Virus record (IMG/VR): IMGVR_UViG_2718218309_000001
Length of the DNA: 39,503 nucleotides
From: a virus
Lineage: Duplodnaviria; Heunggongvirae; Uroviricota; Caudoviricetes
Reading direction: 5' to 3' (one strand)
This document shows positions 9,065 through 18,757 of this stretch, piece by piece. The notes under the pieces were generated by a model. That model was not told the DNA's origin. It saw nothing but the letters and a program-made list of their open reading frames with translations, and searched no databases. Both the position numbers and the translations under genes were made by a program. Each line of letters starts with the position of its first letter. Position 1 is the stretch's first letter.

Positions 9065-9159
9065 AAGATGGGACGTTTTTACGGGGAGAGCAGGTTAAAG
9101 AGACGATACGAAAAAATGTATCTCCTCTTGAACGTTACCGTAATAACAAACAACGATAG
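8935..9159 (+). CDS. Hypothetical early protein (74 aa)
   Basis: ORF with GGAG-type RBS upstream; position corresponds to small early genes (fil/dhr/orf78 region) of 186/P2. Confidence 0.4.
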   Translation: MYAAESEVVYQFRYRGESYSVPEDDLLCCYPSLSGDGSYFFTLKDGTFLRGEQVKETIRKNVSPLERYRNNKQR

Positions 9160-9181
9160 TTGCGTTTTGGGGATATGAATT

Positions 9182-9523
9182 ATGGCAATTAATGGCGCTG
9201 CGGCGACTGTTCCATTAAGCCCCGGTGAACGCCTGAATGGACTTAATCACATTGCGGAGCTAAGGGCGAAAGTTTTTGGCCTGAATATTGAGTCAGAGCT
9301 TGAGCGGTTTATTAAAGATATGCGTGATCCACGGGATATCAATAACGAACAAAATAAACGGGCACTGGCTGCTATATTCTTTATGGCAAAAATTCCAGCT
9401 GAACGTCATAGCATCAGCATTAATGAGCTGACCACTGACGAAAAGCGGGAGTTGATTAAAGCAATGAATCATTTTCGTGCAGTGGTGAGCTTATTTCCCA
9501 GACGGCTAACCATGCCGAATTAA
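9182..9523 (+). CDS. Hypothetical early protein (P2 orf80-region analogue)
   Basis: Co-directional ORF in the early operon; coding-like composition. Confidence 0.55.
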   Translation: MAINGAAATVPLSPGERLNGLNHIAELRAKVFGLNIESELERFIKDMRDPRDINNEQNKRALAAIFFMAKIPAERHSISINELTTDEKRELIKAMNHFRAVVSLFPRRLTMPN

Positions 9524-9584
9524 CCAACTAATGAAATTAATGGCGTAAACCCGCCGGGTATCCCTTTATCTAAATTCAGGAGAA

Positions 9585-9824
9585 TTGATTATGCGTAATA
9601 TTGAAACCCTCACGACTAAAACCGGACCGGATGATGCAGGGCTTAATATTTTACTGACAGAGGCTCGTCTGGAAGAACGCCGGGCAAGGGCTGAAGCAAT
9701 GGCAGCTCGCCTTGATAGCCTGGCGTGTCATATCACATCCCGCCAGCTAAACCACGTCGAAGCAGCAGAACTGCTGCGTGTAACTGCTGAAGCAATCCAG
9801 AACGAAGCGCAGGAGATCCACTAA
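9585..9824 (+). CDS. Hypothetical early protein (P2 orf81-region analogue)
   Basis: Co-directional ORF; stop overlaps the next gene start. Confidence 0.5.
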   Translation: MIMRNIETLTTKTGPDDAGLNILLTEARLEERRARAEAMAARLDSLACHITSRQLNHVEAAELLRVTAEAIQNEAQEIH

Positions 9825-10051
9825 TGGCTGATGCAATGGATCTCGTACAGCAGCGCGTTGAAGAAGAACGCCAGCGCCATATCCGTGCTGCCCGTGCCAA
9901 AACGCCGGGCGTGTCCCGCGTGCTTTGCATTGAGTGTGAAGCGCCAATTCCGCCAGCACGCCGCCGCGCCATTCCAGGTGTGCAGCTTTGCATTACCTGT
10001 CAGGAAATCGCAGAGCTGAAAGGCAAACATTACAACGGAGGTGCTGTATGA
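9824..10051 (+). CDS. TraR/DksA-family C4 zinc-finger protein
   Basis: CIECEAPIP...CITCQ (Cx2C-N17-Cx2C) in a 75-aa protein, as in P2 orf82/TraR-like proteins. Confidence 0.75.
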   Translation: MADAMDLVQQRVEEERQRHIRAARAKTPGVSRVLCIECEAPIPPARRRAIPGVQLCITCQEIAELKGKHYNGGAV

Positions 10052-10905
10052 GCACCATCCTGAAATGGGCGGGAAATAAAACCGCAATTATGTCCGAACT
10101 GAAAAAACACCTTCCTGCTGGCCCGCGACTGGTTGAACCTTTCGCGGGTTCCTGTGCTGTGATGATGGCGACGGATTATCCAAGCTATCTGGTTGCGGAT
10201 ATTAATCCTGATTTAATCAACCTCTATAAAAAGGTTGCCGCTGATTGTGAATCGTTTATATCTCGCGCCAGAGTTTTATTTAAGGAAGCAAACAGGGAGG
10301 TGGCTTATTACAACATAAGGCAGGAGTTTAATTACTCAACTGAAATTACTGATTTCATGAAAGCGGTATATTTCCTGTATCTCAATCGTCACGGTTACCG
10401 TGGTTTATGTCGCTATAACAAGAGCGGGCATTTCAACATTCCGTACGGTAATTATAAAAATCCGTATTTCCCTGAAAAAGAAATTCGCGCATTTGCAGAG
10501 AAAGCCCAGCGGGCAACGTTTATCTGCGCAAGCTTTGATGAAACGCTGGCGATGCTGCAGGTGGGGGATGTGGTGTATTGCGATCCGCCGTATGACGGTA
10601 CGTTTTCCGGCTATCACACTGATGGTTTCACTGAAGATGACCAGTATCACCTAGCATCCGTTCTTGAACATCGGTCATCAGAAGGACATCCGGTCATTGT
10701 TTCTAACAGTGACACATCCCTGATCCGTTCGCTATATCGCAATTTTACTCACCACTACATCAAGGCAAAACGCAGCATCGGTGTGGCAGCTGGTGAGAGT
10801 AAATCTGCAACAGAAATCATCGCTGTTTCCGGGCCGCGCTGCTGGGTGGGATTTGATCCTTCGCGTGGCGTGGATAGTTCTGCCGTGTACGGAGTGCGTG
10901 CATGA
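10048..10905 (+). CDS. dam: DNA adenine methyltransferase (Dam family, GATC-type)
   Basis: N-terminal SAM-binding block (KWAGNK...LVEPFAGS) and catalytic DPPY motif ([10 protein letters not shown]); ATG at 10048; stop overlaps the A start (ATGA). Confidence 0.9.
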   Translation: MSTILKWAGNKTAIMSELKKHLPAGPRLVEPFAGSCAVMMATDYPSYLVADINPDLINLYKKVAADCESFISRARVLFKEANREVAYYNIRQEFNYSTEITDFMKAVYFLYLNRHGYRGLCRYNKSGHFNIPYGNYKNPYFPEKEIRAFAEKAQRATFICASFDETLAMLQVGDVVYCDPPYDGTFSGYHTDGFTEDDQYHLASVLEHRSSEGHPVIVSNSDTSLIRSLYRNFTHHYIKAKRSIGVAAGESKSATEIIAVSGPRCWVGFDPSRGVDSSAVYGVRA

Positions 10906-13316
10906 GCCATGCTGATATGAACAACTGCAGCGGCTTTAACGAGGCCGCCGCAGCATTCTCATGGAACAGCCCGAAAAAGGCCATTAACCCTTATCTGGAC
11001 CCGGCGGAAGTTGCGCCGGTTTCTGCGCTTTCAAACCTGATCACTCTGTACGCTGCTGATAACGAGCAGGAACAGCTGCGCCGTGAGGCGCTGAGTGATC
11101 AGGTCTGGGAGCGTTATTTCTTTAATGAATCCCGTGATCCTGTCCAGCGCGAAATGGAACAGGATAAGCTCATTAGTCGGGCAAAGCTGGCGCATGAGCA
11201 GCAGCGTTTTAATCCGGATATGGTCATTCTGGCGGACGTCAACGCCCAGCCTTCCCATATCAGCAAGCCGCTGATGCAACGTATTGAATACTTCAGCAGC
11301 CTGGGCAGGCCAAAGGCTTATTCCCGCTATTTGCGTGAGACGATTAAGCCATGTCTGGAACGACTGGAGCATGTACGCGACAGTCAGCTATCCACTTCTT
11401 TTCGCTTTATGGCAAGCCATGAAGGGCTGGACAGTCTGCTGATCCTGCCTGAAATGAGTCAGGATCAGGTGAAACGCCTGTCCACCCTGGTAGCTGCGCA
11501 TATGAGCATGTGCCTTGATGCCGCTTGTGGCGATTTGTATGCCACCGATGACGTTAAGCCAGAAGAAATCCGCAAGACATGGGAAAAGGTGGCGGCGGAA
11601 ACCCTGCGACTGGATGTCATACCGCCTGCGTTTGAGCAACTCCGCCGGAAAAGAAACCGCCGTAAACCCGTGCCCTATGAACTCATTCCGGGGTCGCTGG
11701 CGCGTATGCTGTGCGCCGACTGGTGGTATCGGAAATTGTGGAAGATGCGTTGCGAATGGCGGGAAGAGCAGTTGCGTGCTGTTTGCCTGGTCAGCAAAAA
11801 AGCATCTCCCTATGTCAGCTATGAAGCCGTGATGCATAAACGTGAGCAGCGCCGTAAGTCGCTGGAGTTTTTCCGTTCTCATGAACTGGTGAACGAAGAC
11901 GGCGACACGCTGGACATGGAGGATGTGGTAAACGCCAGCAGCAGCAACCCTGCGCATCGCCGCAATGAGATGATGGCCTGTGTTAAAGGTCTGGAGCTTA
12001 TCGCGGAAATGCGCGGTGACTGCGCCGTTTTCTACACCATCACCTGTCCGTCACGTTTCCATTCCACGCTAAATAACGGCAGGCCCAACCCGACCTGGAC
12101 AAATGCGACGGTAAGACAAAGCAGTGATTATCTGGTCGGCATGTTTGCTGCATTTCGTAAGGCGATGCACAAAGCCGGATTGCGCTGGTATGGCGTGCGG
12201 GTGGCTGAGCCGCATCATGACGGTACAGTTCACTGGCATCTGTTGTGTTTTATGCGCAAAAAAGATCGCCGCACCATTACTGCTTTGTTGCGTAAGTTTG
12301 CCATTCGTGAAGACCGCGAGGAGCTGGGTAATAACACGGGACCACGCTTTAAGTCTGAGCTGATAAACCCGCGCAAAGGTACGCCAACAAGCTACATCGC
12401 GAAATACATCAGTAAGAACATTGACGGGCGTGGTCTGGCTGGCGAGATCAGCAAGGAAACGGGTAAATCCCTGCGTGATAACGCTGAATACGTTAATGCC
12501 TGGGCGTCTCTGCATCGTGTTCAGCAATTCCGCTTCTTTGGCATTCCGGGGCGTCAGGCTTACCGTGAACTGCGATTGCTGGCTGGTCAGGCGGCAAGGC
12601 AACAGGGGGACAAAAAAGCAGGTGCGCCGGTACTGGATAACCCGCGCCTTGATGCAATCCTGGCTGCTGCTGATGCTGGTTGTTTTGCCACCTACATCAT
12701 GAAGCAGGGCGGCGTACTGGTTCCCCGCAAATATCACCTCATCAGAACTGCTTATGAAATCAACGAAGAACCGACCGCATATGGCGATCACGGTATTCGT
12801 ATTTATGGCATCTGGTCACCCATTGCAGAGGGCAAGATCTGCACTCATGCGGTGAAGTGGAAAATGGTTCGTAAGGCCGTTGACGTTCAGGAGGCGGCAG
12901 CCGACCAGGGCGCTTGCGCCCCTTGGACTCGTGGCAATAACTGTCCCCTTGCTGAAAATTTGAACCAACAGGAGAAAGATAAATCAGCAGATGGGGATAC
13001 CAGAACTGATATTACCTGCATGGATGACAAGGAATTGCACGATTACCTGCACAATATGAGCAAAAAAGAGCGCCGGGAACTGGCAGCAAGATTACGCCTG
13101 GTTAAACCGAAACGGCGTAAAGACTACAAACAGCGAATTACAGAGCATCAGCGTCAGCAGCTCGTCTATGAACTGAAGTCCAGAGGATTTGATGGCAGCG
13201 AGAAAGAGGTCGATTTGCTCCTTCGCGGTGGCAGTATTCCGTCAGGAGCAGGCCTGCGTATCTTCTATCGGAACCAGCGTTTGCAGGAAGATGATAAGTG
13301 GCGGAACCTGTATTAA
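10902..13316 (+). CDS. A: Replication initiation protein A (rolling-circle nickase, P2 gpA / 186 RepA)
   Basis: 804-aa protein with the HxH...Y(I)AKYISK active-site region (TVHWHLLCF ... [11 protein letters not shown]) characteristic of P2 gpA. Confidence 0.9.
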   Translation: MSHADMNNCSGFNEAAAAFSWNSPKKAINPYLDPAEVAPVSALSNLITLYAADNEQEQLRREALSDQVWERYFFNESRDPVQREMEQDKLISRAKLAHEQQRFNPDMVILADVNAQPSHISKPLMQRIEYFSSLGRPKAYSRYLRETIKPCLERLEHVRDSQLSTSFRFMASHEGLDSLLILPEMSQDQVKRLSTLVAAHMSMCLDAACGDLYATDDVKPEEIRKTWEKVAAETLRLDVIPPAFEQLRRKRNRRKPVPYELIPGSLARMLCADWWYRKLWKMRCEWREEQLRAVCLVSKKASPYVSYEAVMHKREQRRKSLEFFRSHELVNEDGDTLDMEDVVNASSSNPAHRRNEMMACVKGLELIAEMRGDCAVFYTITCPSRFHSTLNNGRPNPTWTNATVRQSSDYLVGMFAAFRKAMHKAGLRWYGVRVAEPHHDGTVHWHLLCFMRKKDRRTITALLRKFAIREDREELGNNTGPRFKSELINPRKGTPTSYIAKYISKNIDGRGLAGEISKETGKSLRDNAEYVNAWASLHRVQQFRFFGIPGRQAYRELRLLAGQAARQQGDKKAGAPVLDNPRLDAILAAADAGCFATYIMKQGGVLVPRKYHLIRTAYEINEEPTAYGDHGIRIYGIWSPIAEGKICTHAVKWKMVRKAVDVQEAAADQGACAPWTRGNNCPLAENLNQQEKDKSADGDTRTDITCMDDKELHDYLHNMSKKERRELAARLRLVKPKRRKDYKQRITEHQRQQLVYELKSRGFDGSEKEVDLLLRGGSIPSGAGLRIFYRNQRLQEDDKWRNLY

Positions 13317-13408
13317 TTACGCGGGTTAACAATTCGTGCTCTTAATAATACCAGGCATATCAGGCTGATGAACGTAAAAAAACGTTTTACATCAGTAAGA
13401 TTATTATA

Positions 13409-13428
13409 TACTGTAAATATAAACAGTG
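13409..13428. promoter_or_regulatory. LexA box (SOS operator) TACTGTAAATATAAACAGTG
   Basis: Matches CTGT-N8-ACAG with AT-rich spacer; lies about 45 bp upstream of ORF 13470 and the DinI-like gene. Confidence 0.55.
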
Positions 13429-13469
13429 TTTATGCATACAGTGTTGCTTGTGGTGTCATAGGAGGAAAG

Positions 13470-13658
13470 ATGCAGGACTATTTTTTGGAGTCTTTGAAGC
13501 TCCAGCGCATTGATTTTTTTCTTAAGCTTGTAGCGGCTAGTGAGTGTAGTGATGAAGAGAAGGGGCTGGCTCTGCAGTGGGTTTCTGAATTGACTGATGA
13601 ACTCATGGCAAAAATCAGAAGCCACGAATACAACCGCTCAATGGATGTCATCAGCTGA
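13470..13658 (+). CDS. Hypothetical small protein (62 aa), first gene of putative SOS-controlled operon
   Basis: GGAGGA RBS 4-9 nt upstream of ATG 13470; preceded by LexA box. Confidence 0.5.
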   Translation: MQDYFLESLKLQRIDFFLKLVAASECSDEEKGLALQWVSELTDELMAKIRSHEYNRSMDVIS

Positions 13659-13668
13659 GGTGACTTTT

Positions 13669-13902
13669 ATGCGCATTGAAATAATGATCGATAAAGAGCA
13701 GAAGATTAGCCAGTCTACCCTGGACGCTCTGGAGTCCGAGCTTTACCGCAACCTGCAACCCATCTATCCCAAGACAGCTATCCGCATCCGTAAAGGGTCG
13801 GCAAACGGCGTTGAGCTGAGTGGCTTAAAGCTTGATGAAGACAAAAAGCGGGTGATGGAAATTATGCAGCAGGTTTGGGAAGACGACAGCTGGCTGCACT
13901 AA
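13669..13902 (+). CDS. dinI: DinI-family protein (77 aa)
   Basis: MRIEIMIDKEQ...LDALESEL...IMQQVWEDDSWL follows the DinI pattern (MRIEV...ETWE..DW); GAGGTG RBS. Confidence 0.8.
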   Translation: MRIEIMIDKEQKISQSTLDALESELYRNLQPIYPKTAIRIRKGSANGVELSGLKLDEDKKRVMEIMQQVWEDDSWLH

Positions 13903-13975
13903 GGAACGTTCCTGATGTAAGAACTTGATTCTGACGTCAGCAAGGTTGAACAACGAGAGTAGCGAGGCGTTAGCC

Positions 13976-14236
13976 ATGGGTAAAAAAGACAGTAATCACC
14001 AGATTATTTATCGGGGCCAGGTGCTGGAACGGTTTACCCCTGGCGGCTGGGTCTTCTTTCAACGCCCAAAGGAGTGTGGCGGAGGTTTTTGGTTGGGCCG
14101 CACCTATGAAGACTGCTTCTGGCTTGAGCTGGAATTCCCCGTTTCGCTATATGACGGCCTGGAGTTTTTGATGGAAGTCACCAGGGTAGAGCAGAGAAGT
14201 GATGAGGTTGACGCGAATTATTCCCTGTTTGATTAA
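13976..14236 (+). CDS. Hypothetical protein (86 aa), possible Tum-like or other accessory protein
   Basis: ORF following the DinI-like gene; assignment is positional only. Confidence 0.45.
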   Translation: MGKKDSNHQIIYRGQVLERFTPGGWVFFQRPKECGGGFWLGRTYEDCFWLELEFPVSLYDGLEFLMEVTRVEQRSDEVDANYSLFD

Positions 14237-14284
14237 AAATGTATTAGCTTATAATGGAATACTATTTTTGCAGGTGGGGGCGCA

Positions 14285-14896
14285 ATGGATTTAGTCTTTA
14301 AAATTCTGGCTTCGTTGGGTGGGGTGTCTTTTGTTGCATCTGGCATATTTGTTTGGATCGGGAAAGTTTATTTAGAAAGATATAAGTCGCGGCTAAACAA
14401 AGATATTGCTGAATTTCAATCACAACTGAGTGCAACTAATGAAAGAATAAAGGCTAAGTTAGACAATTCTGTTTATGTAACGAAAGCGTATTTTGATAAG
14501 GAGTTATCAGCATATAGTCTCATTTGGAATTCGATGTTTGAAACCAGAGAAAGCGTGCTTAAGCTGAGGCCTGCGCTGGATCATTTTGACCCCAACGAAC
14601 CATTTGAAGAGAGAAAATTTAGAAGGTTGAAAGTTTTTTTCGATGCATTTAATACTTTTGTTACAAGTGTTGAGTCTAACAAACCGTTCATCTCACCAGA
14701 GGTTTATATAATCTTGGACCGTTTCCGGAAGGAATGCTTTTCAGAGTCAATATCGTTTCAGCATGGCGATCCAGAATTTGACTGGCAAAATTATTGGAAA
14801 GAGGCAGAGTTGAATCGTACAACCATCACCAAGCTTTTTGATGAGACGTGTGATGCAATTCGAGACAGGATGCACACATTAACTGTGGTTACGTAG
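14285..14896 (+). CDS. Hypothetical membrane-anchored protein (203 aa; N-terminal TM helix plus helical cytoplasmic domain); hotspot cargo at the tin/old position
   Basis: N-terminal hydrophobic segment ILASLGGVSFVASGIFVWIG; AT-rich; lies between gene A and cos where P2 carries the anti-phage genes tin and old. Confidence 0.6.
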   Translation: MDLVFKILASLGGVSFVASGIFVWIGKVYLERYKSRLNKDIAEFQSQLSATNERIKAKLDNSVYVTKAYFDKELSAYSLIWNSMFETRESVLKLRPALDHFDPNEPFEERKFRRLKVFFDAFNTFVTSVESNKPFISPEVYIILDRFRKECFSESISFQHGDPEFDWQNYWKEAELNRTTITKLFDETCDAIRDRMHTLTVVT

Positions 14897-14987
14897 TTTT
14901 CCAAAAAGTCTCGATGCCCGCTTTGGCGATTGTGCATGTCTATGCCGCATGAATCCGCATGATCGTTTGAGGATCGTTTTAGCTGAG

Positions 14988-15011
14988 GCCCGCTAGGAAT
15001 GGCGGGCTTTT
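14988..15011 (+). terminator. Rho-independent terminator (GCCCGC-loop-GCGGGC followed by TTTT)
   Basis: Perfect 6-bp GC stem with 8-nt loop and T tract downstream of ORF 14285-14896. Confidence 0.45.
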
Positions 15012-15056
15012 GCTTATGTCATGCAGACGCATGAAAACCACTACATAAAGCGGGCA

Positions 15057-15075
15057 GGCGTGGCGGGGATACGAG
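15057..15075. other. cos site (cohesive-end sequence) of the P2/186-type prophage
   Basis: GGCGTGGCGGGGATACGAG closely matches the 19-nt cohesive ends of 186 (GGCGTGGCGGGGAAAGCAT) and P2 (GGCGAGGCGGGGAAAGCAC), recalled from memory. Confidence 0.55.
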
Positions 15076-15185
15076 CGCGCGCTCATGGTTGAATTAATGA
15101 AATTATGGTGTTAAATAGGCTAGCTTTTTAAGTCGTGAATATTCAATTTTTCAACTCATTTTTTTCATAGGGAGGAGTAATTGAC

Positions 15186-15884
15186 ATGGTTATGTTAGTG
15201 GATGACTGTCCACGATGTGGATCACAAAAAATAGCGTTTGATGTTAATGGGCTGAATTGCACTAGGGTTTACAATGCATTGGGCGGGGGTAAAACATACG
15301 AGTACGAGGTCTATTGTGTTTGCCGAGAGTGTCATAAAACGACAATGTTTCTTTGCAGACCTTTAACGAAAAATAAAACTTTAGATGGCTATAATTGGGA
15401 AAGTGGAATATTCGGCTTAAAGGAAGTTGCAGAGGTTGTTAGGCCTATATCACCGGCAGACTTAGCAGTAGAGGAGCCACCAGAGTTCTTACCTGAGCAT
15501 ATCAATAGTACATATGAGGAAGGGGCGAAATGTTTGGCTATAGGTTGTTATAATGCAGCAGCAACCATGTTTAGGCTTTGCCTTGATTATGCCACAAAAG
15601 GACTTCTTCCTGATGGGGAGCAAGGGCCTGCGCAAAAAATAAGGAGAAGCCTAGGGTTAAGAATGGAGTGGTTATTTGATAATCATCTACTGCCTGAAGC
15701 TTTAAGGGAACTAGCTGAATGCGTTAAAGATGACGGAAATGATGGAGCGCATGAAGGTATTTTGGATAAAGCTGCTGCTGAGGATCTTGAAGATTTTACC
15801 TATCTTTTTTTAGAACGGCTTTACACTGAACCTCAACGCCTTATCGAAGCCAAGACAAGGCGTGAACAAAGAAGAAACAAATAA
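15186..15884 (+). CDS. Hypothetical Zn-ribbon protein (232 aa): N-terminal CPRCG...CRECH plus C-terminal helical domain; cargo between cos and Q
   Basis: Cx2C-N30-Cx2C at the N-terminus; GGAGGAG RBS; AT-rich; stop is only 8 bp from the Q stop. Confidence 0.65.
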   Translation: MVMLVDDCPRCGSQKIAFDVNGLNCTRVYNALGGGKTYEYEVYCVCRECHKTTMFLCRPLTKNKTLDGYNWESGIFGLKEVAEVVRPISPADLAVEEPPEFLPEHINSTYEEGAKCLAIGCYNAAATMFRLCLDYATKGLLPDGEQGPAQKIRRSLGLRMEWLFDNHLLPEALRELAECVKDDGNDGAHEGILDKAAAEDLEDFTYLFLERLYTEPQRLIEAKTRREQRRNK

Positions 15885-15892
15885 GTTCGGAA

Positions 15893-16930
15893 TTATTCTT
15901 CTGAAAGAATATAGGGCGTAAATTTAATCACTTCTTCGCCCAGCCAGTCGTTCAGCTCTTGTAGCCTTTTTTGCAAGGGCGTTAATTCATTACGTACAAA
16001 TACGCGACTGGCCTTCTCCACATCCCCAAACCCCCCGACATTATTAGGCATTATCCCCATCATTTGTGGCGGCACACGATGCGCCGCCATCATGTCGTCC
16101 CGGCTCACGTTCTTGATATTCAGGAACTCATCCTTCGCCGCCACTTCTGACAACGGGATAATCTGAAGCCCGTCCTTTTTACCGTTAGGCGAGTACATAA
16201 ACAGGTTACGGAAGTTACCAGGACCTTTGGCGCTTTTCATCGCATTGCGGAGGTTGTTCACATCCTCCTGGTTCTGTGCTGCATCGGTCATGTACATGAT
16301 GAAGCCTGCATGACTGCCGTTAATGTAATACTTGCGGCGGAACAGCGTGGCGGACTCGTTGAGCAGAGCTGACGGAATGGCAGAAAGATAACCAGGCAGG
16401 CCGTAGATCTCCTGGTTGATGTCCGGTTCCATCAGATGAAAAATGTTGCCTTTCGTGAACTGATACGGCTGCGTAGTCATGCCGTATTGCACAAACCAGT
16501 AGGTATCAAGGTCTAACCCGCGTCGGGTGTATTTTGCCAGTGCAGGCTCAAGGGCGATAACTTCACCGAAGCGGTTCGTGCGTTTCTCCAGGTAGGCGTT
16601 ACCAAAAACCAGATAGTCCTGTACAAAACGCGAAAAAGCCTGCTGGCTGAGCAGCGGGTGAGGGATGTAGGTGCTGGTCAGAATGTTGCACTTCACTGCA
16701 ATCGGTGAGCTGTGATGCACGGCGGCGCGGAAGGTTCGCGCCAGTCCGTCGAAACTCACAGGCGGCTCGTACCAACGATCCATCTGTACGCATTCCACAT
16801 AGTCCAGCAGTTCGCGGCGGTCCAGAACAGGAACGGGATCACCGAAGCTGAATGCTTCGGCTGAAGTCTGGCTTTTATGCTGGATCTGTTTCGTCGACGC
16901 AGCGCGGTTCTTCTTACTCTTTCCCATCAA
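15893..16930 (-). CDS. Q: Portal protein (P2 gpQ)
   Basis: 345-aa protein, size and position (leftward, next to cos, before P) match P2 Q. Confidence 0.95.
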   Translation of the reverse strand: MMGKSKKNRAASTKQIQHKSQTSAEAFSFGDPVPVLDRRELLDYVECVQMDRWYEPPVSFDGLARTFRAAVHHSSPIAVKCNILTSTYIPHPLLSQQAFSRFVQDYLVFGNAYLEKRTNRFGEVIALEPALAKYTRRGLDLDTYWFVQYGMTTQPYQFTKGNIFHLMEPDINQEIYGLPGYLSAIPSALLNESATLFRRKYYINGSHAGFIMYMTDAAQNQEDVNNLRNAMKSAKGPGNFRNLFMYSPNGKKDGLQIIPLSEVAAKDEFLNIKNVSRDDMMAAHRVPPQMMGIMPNNVGGFGDVEKASRVFVRNELTPLQKRLQELNDWLGEEVIKFTPYILSEE

Positions 16931-18693
16931 AAAATCTCCACAATATTGCTGGTATTGGCGGACTCGCCCTGCAGCGGTTCGTTAAACAGTGCGTGCATTG
17001 TTGCCCAGGCCAGATCGGCATGGCTGGCTTCTTCGCTGCGGCTGGCTTCATAGGTCGGGCGGTTGCCACTGGCAGTGGTAGCGCGACGGATTGCCATAAA
17101 TGACTGCGCAATGTCGGTGTGCCCGGCGTCAAACTCCAGACGGCGGTGGCTGATAATGTCGTAGGCCTTGAGTACCAGGGCGTTTTTAACGTTGGGGTTA
17201 TAGACAAACTCCCTGACGGCAGGAAAAAACGCTTTCACGTTCTCGTAAACCCCGTGACCGACGCCGGTCGAGTCGATACCGATATAGGTCACGTTATACT
17301 GTTCGGTCAGTTTTTTGATGGCGTCAGCCTGGGCGCGGAAGTCCATCCCGCGCCACTGGTGACGCTCAAGAATGCGGAACTTACCACCCGGCACGGCTGG
17401 CGGAGCCACCACCACGCATCCGGCACTGTCGCCGTTCTGCGTACCTTTTGCCGGGTCATAACCGATCCACACTTCGCGCCAGCCAAACGGGCGCAGGGCC
17501 AGTGCATGAAAGTCGGTCCAGACTTCCCAGCTGTCCACCATGCACGCCTGCAGTTCGCTGAGCGGGAACACGGACGCGAGATCGTCCACGAACTCGCACA
17601 TCAGCAGGTTCTGGTATTCGTCCGGGCTGTACTCCATGCGCAGCTGGTCGAGGTCGAACAGGTTACAGCCGCCGCGCACCGCATCTTCCACGGTGACTAT
17701 CTGGCGGTATTGCCCGTCTGCGCACAGTAGGCCGGGGGCCAGATTGCTGTGGGACAGGTCGATGTCCACCTTGTCAGCTTTGTTGCGTCCACGGTTGAAC
17801 AGCGCACCGGACCAGAACGGATAAGCACTGTGGGTCAGGCTGGATGGCGTGGAAAAATAGGTTTGTCGCCATTTCTTGTGAATAGCCATACCGGAAGCCA
17901 CTTTGCGCAACTCCTGGAATTTCGGTATCCAGAAATATTCATCCAGATACAGGTTGCCGTGGTAACTCTGCGCCGTGCGGGCATTGGTGCCGAGGAAGTA
18001 AAGCGTGGCCCCGTTAGGAAGCACCATCGGATCGCCTTTCAGCTCCACCTCGACTTCTTTGGCGAAGTCGATGATGTACTGCTTGAAGACGTGGGCCTGT
18101 GCCTTACTGGCAGAAAGGAAAATCTGGTTACGTCCGGTAAGCAGAGCGTCAATCAGGGCTTCACGGGCAAAGTAAAAGGTCGCGCCGATCTGGCGTGACT
18201 TCAGCAGGTTGCGGATGCGGTTGGTTTTTCCGGCTTCCCACCAGTGGCGCTGGTAGTTGAACATGGAGGAATGGAAGATTTCTTCCAGTTTCTCTATCTG
18301 TTCATCGGTGAAAACATTCTTTTCCGGCTGACGGCGCGGGCCTTTGTTGCGGTTGGCGACGTTAGGGTTTAAGTCGGCTTCGTTGCCGCCATTGTTAAAC
18401 TTGCCGATCCGCGCGTGGCGCTCCGACTGGCGCGCCAGCAGGTCAATTTCTTTGAAATCTTTCCCTTCTTTGTGCTCCTTCATAATGAGCTGGCAGTAAC
18501 GTGCGGCGGTGGTGAGCTGCATCTGATCCAGCGGCCCATAGTCACCCCACTTGTCGCGTTTCTTCCAGCTGTGAACGGTTGCAACTTTCTCGCCCAGCAT
18601 TTCAGCAATGCGGGCTACGCGGTATCCCTGAAAGTACAGCAGCATGGCCTGCCGACGGGGATCGAGATCTGCGGGTGTCAGTGTGGTGTTCAT
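16927..18693 (-). CDS. P: Terminase large (ATPase) subunit (P2 gpP)
   Basis: 588-aa protein in the P2 P position, overlapping Q by 4 nt; Walker-type ATPase region (SRQIGATFYFAREA). Confidence 0.95.
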   Translation of the reverse strand: MNTTLTPADLDPRRQAMLLYFQGYRVARIAEMLGEKVATVHSWKKRDKWGDYGPLDQMQLTTAARYCQLIMKEHKEGKDFKEIDLLARQSERHARIGKFNNGGNEADLNPNVANRNKGPRRQPEKNVFTDEQIEKLEEIFHSSMFNYQRHWWEAGKTNRIRNLLKSRQIGATFYFAREALIDALLTGRNQIFLSASKAQAHVFKQYIIDFAKEVEVELKGDPMVLPNGATLYFLGTNARTAQSYHGNLYLDEYFWIPKFQELRKVASGMAIHKKWRQTYFSTPSSLTHSAYPFWSGALFNRGRNKADKVDIDLSHSNLAPGLLCADGQYRQIVTVEDAVRGGCNLFDLDQLRMEYSPDEYQNLLMCEFVDDLASVFPLSELQACMVDSWEVWTDFHALALRPFGWREVWIGYDPAKGTQNGDSAGCVVVAPPAVPGGKFRILERHQWRGMDFRAQADAIKKLTEQYNVTYIGIDSTGVGHGVYENVKAFFPAVREFVYNPNVKNALVLKAYDIISHRRLEFDAGHTDIAQSFMAIRRATTASGNRPTYEASRSEEASHADLAWATMHALFNEPLQGESANTSNIVEIF

Positions 18694-18739
18694 GGCACAA
18701 ACCTACAGCCTTGAATGAAGGCTTTCCCCGCCTGCGGTT

Positions 18740-18757
18740 TGTGTGGTTGTCGGTACA
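18740..18757. promoter_or_regulatory. Ogr-type late promoter element TGT-N12-ACA (P/O divergent late promoter region)
   Basis: TGTGTGGTTGTCGGTACA in the P-O intergenic region, centred about 55 bp upstream of the expected O transcription start. Confidence 0.5.

Noticed and set aside
13931-13940. TGACGTCA palindrome (ctgacgtcag) upstream of ORF 13976, similar to the CCTGACGT/ACGTCAGG repeats flanking the RT leader
   Set aside because: A single short palindrome; the shared GACGTC core is too short to argue for a common regulator without more copies.
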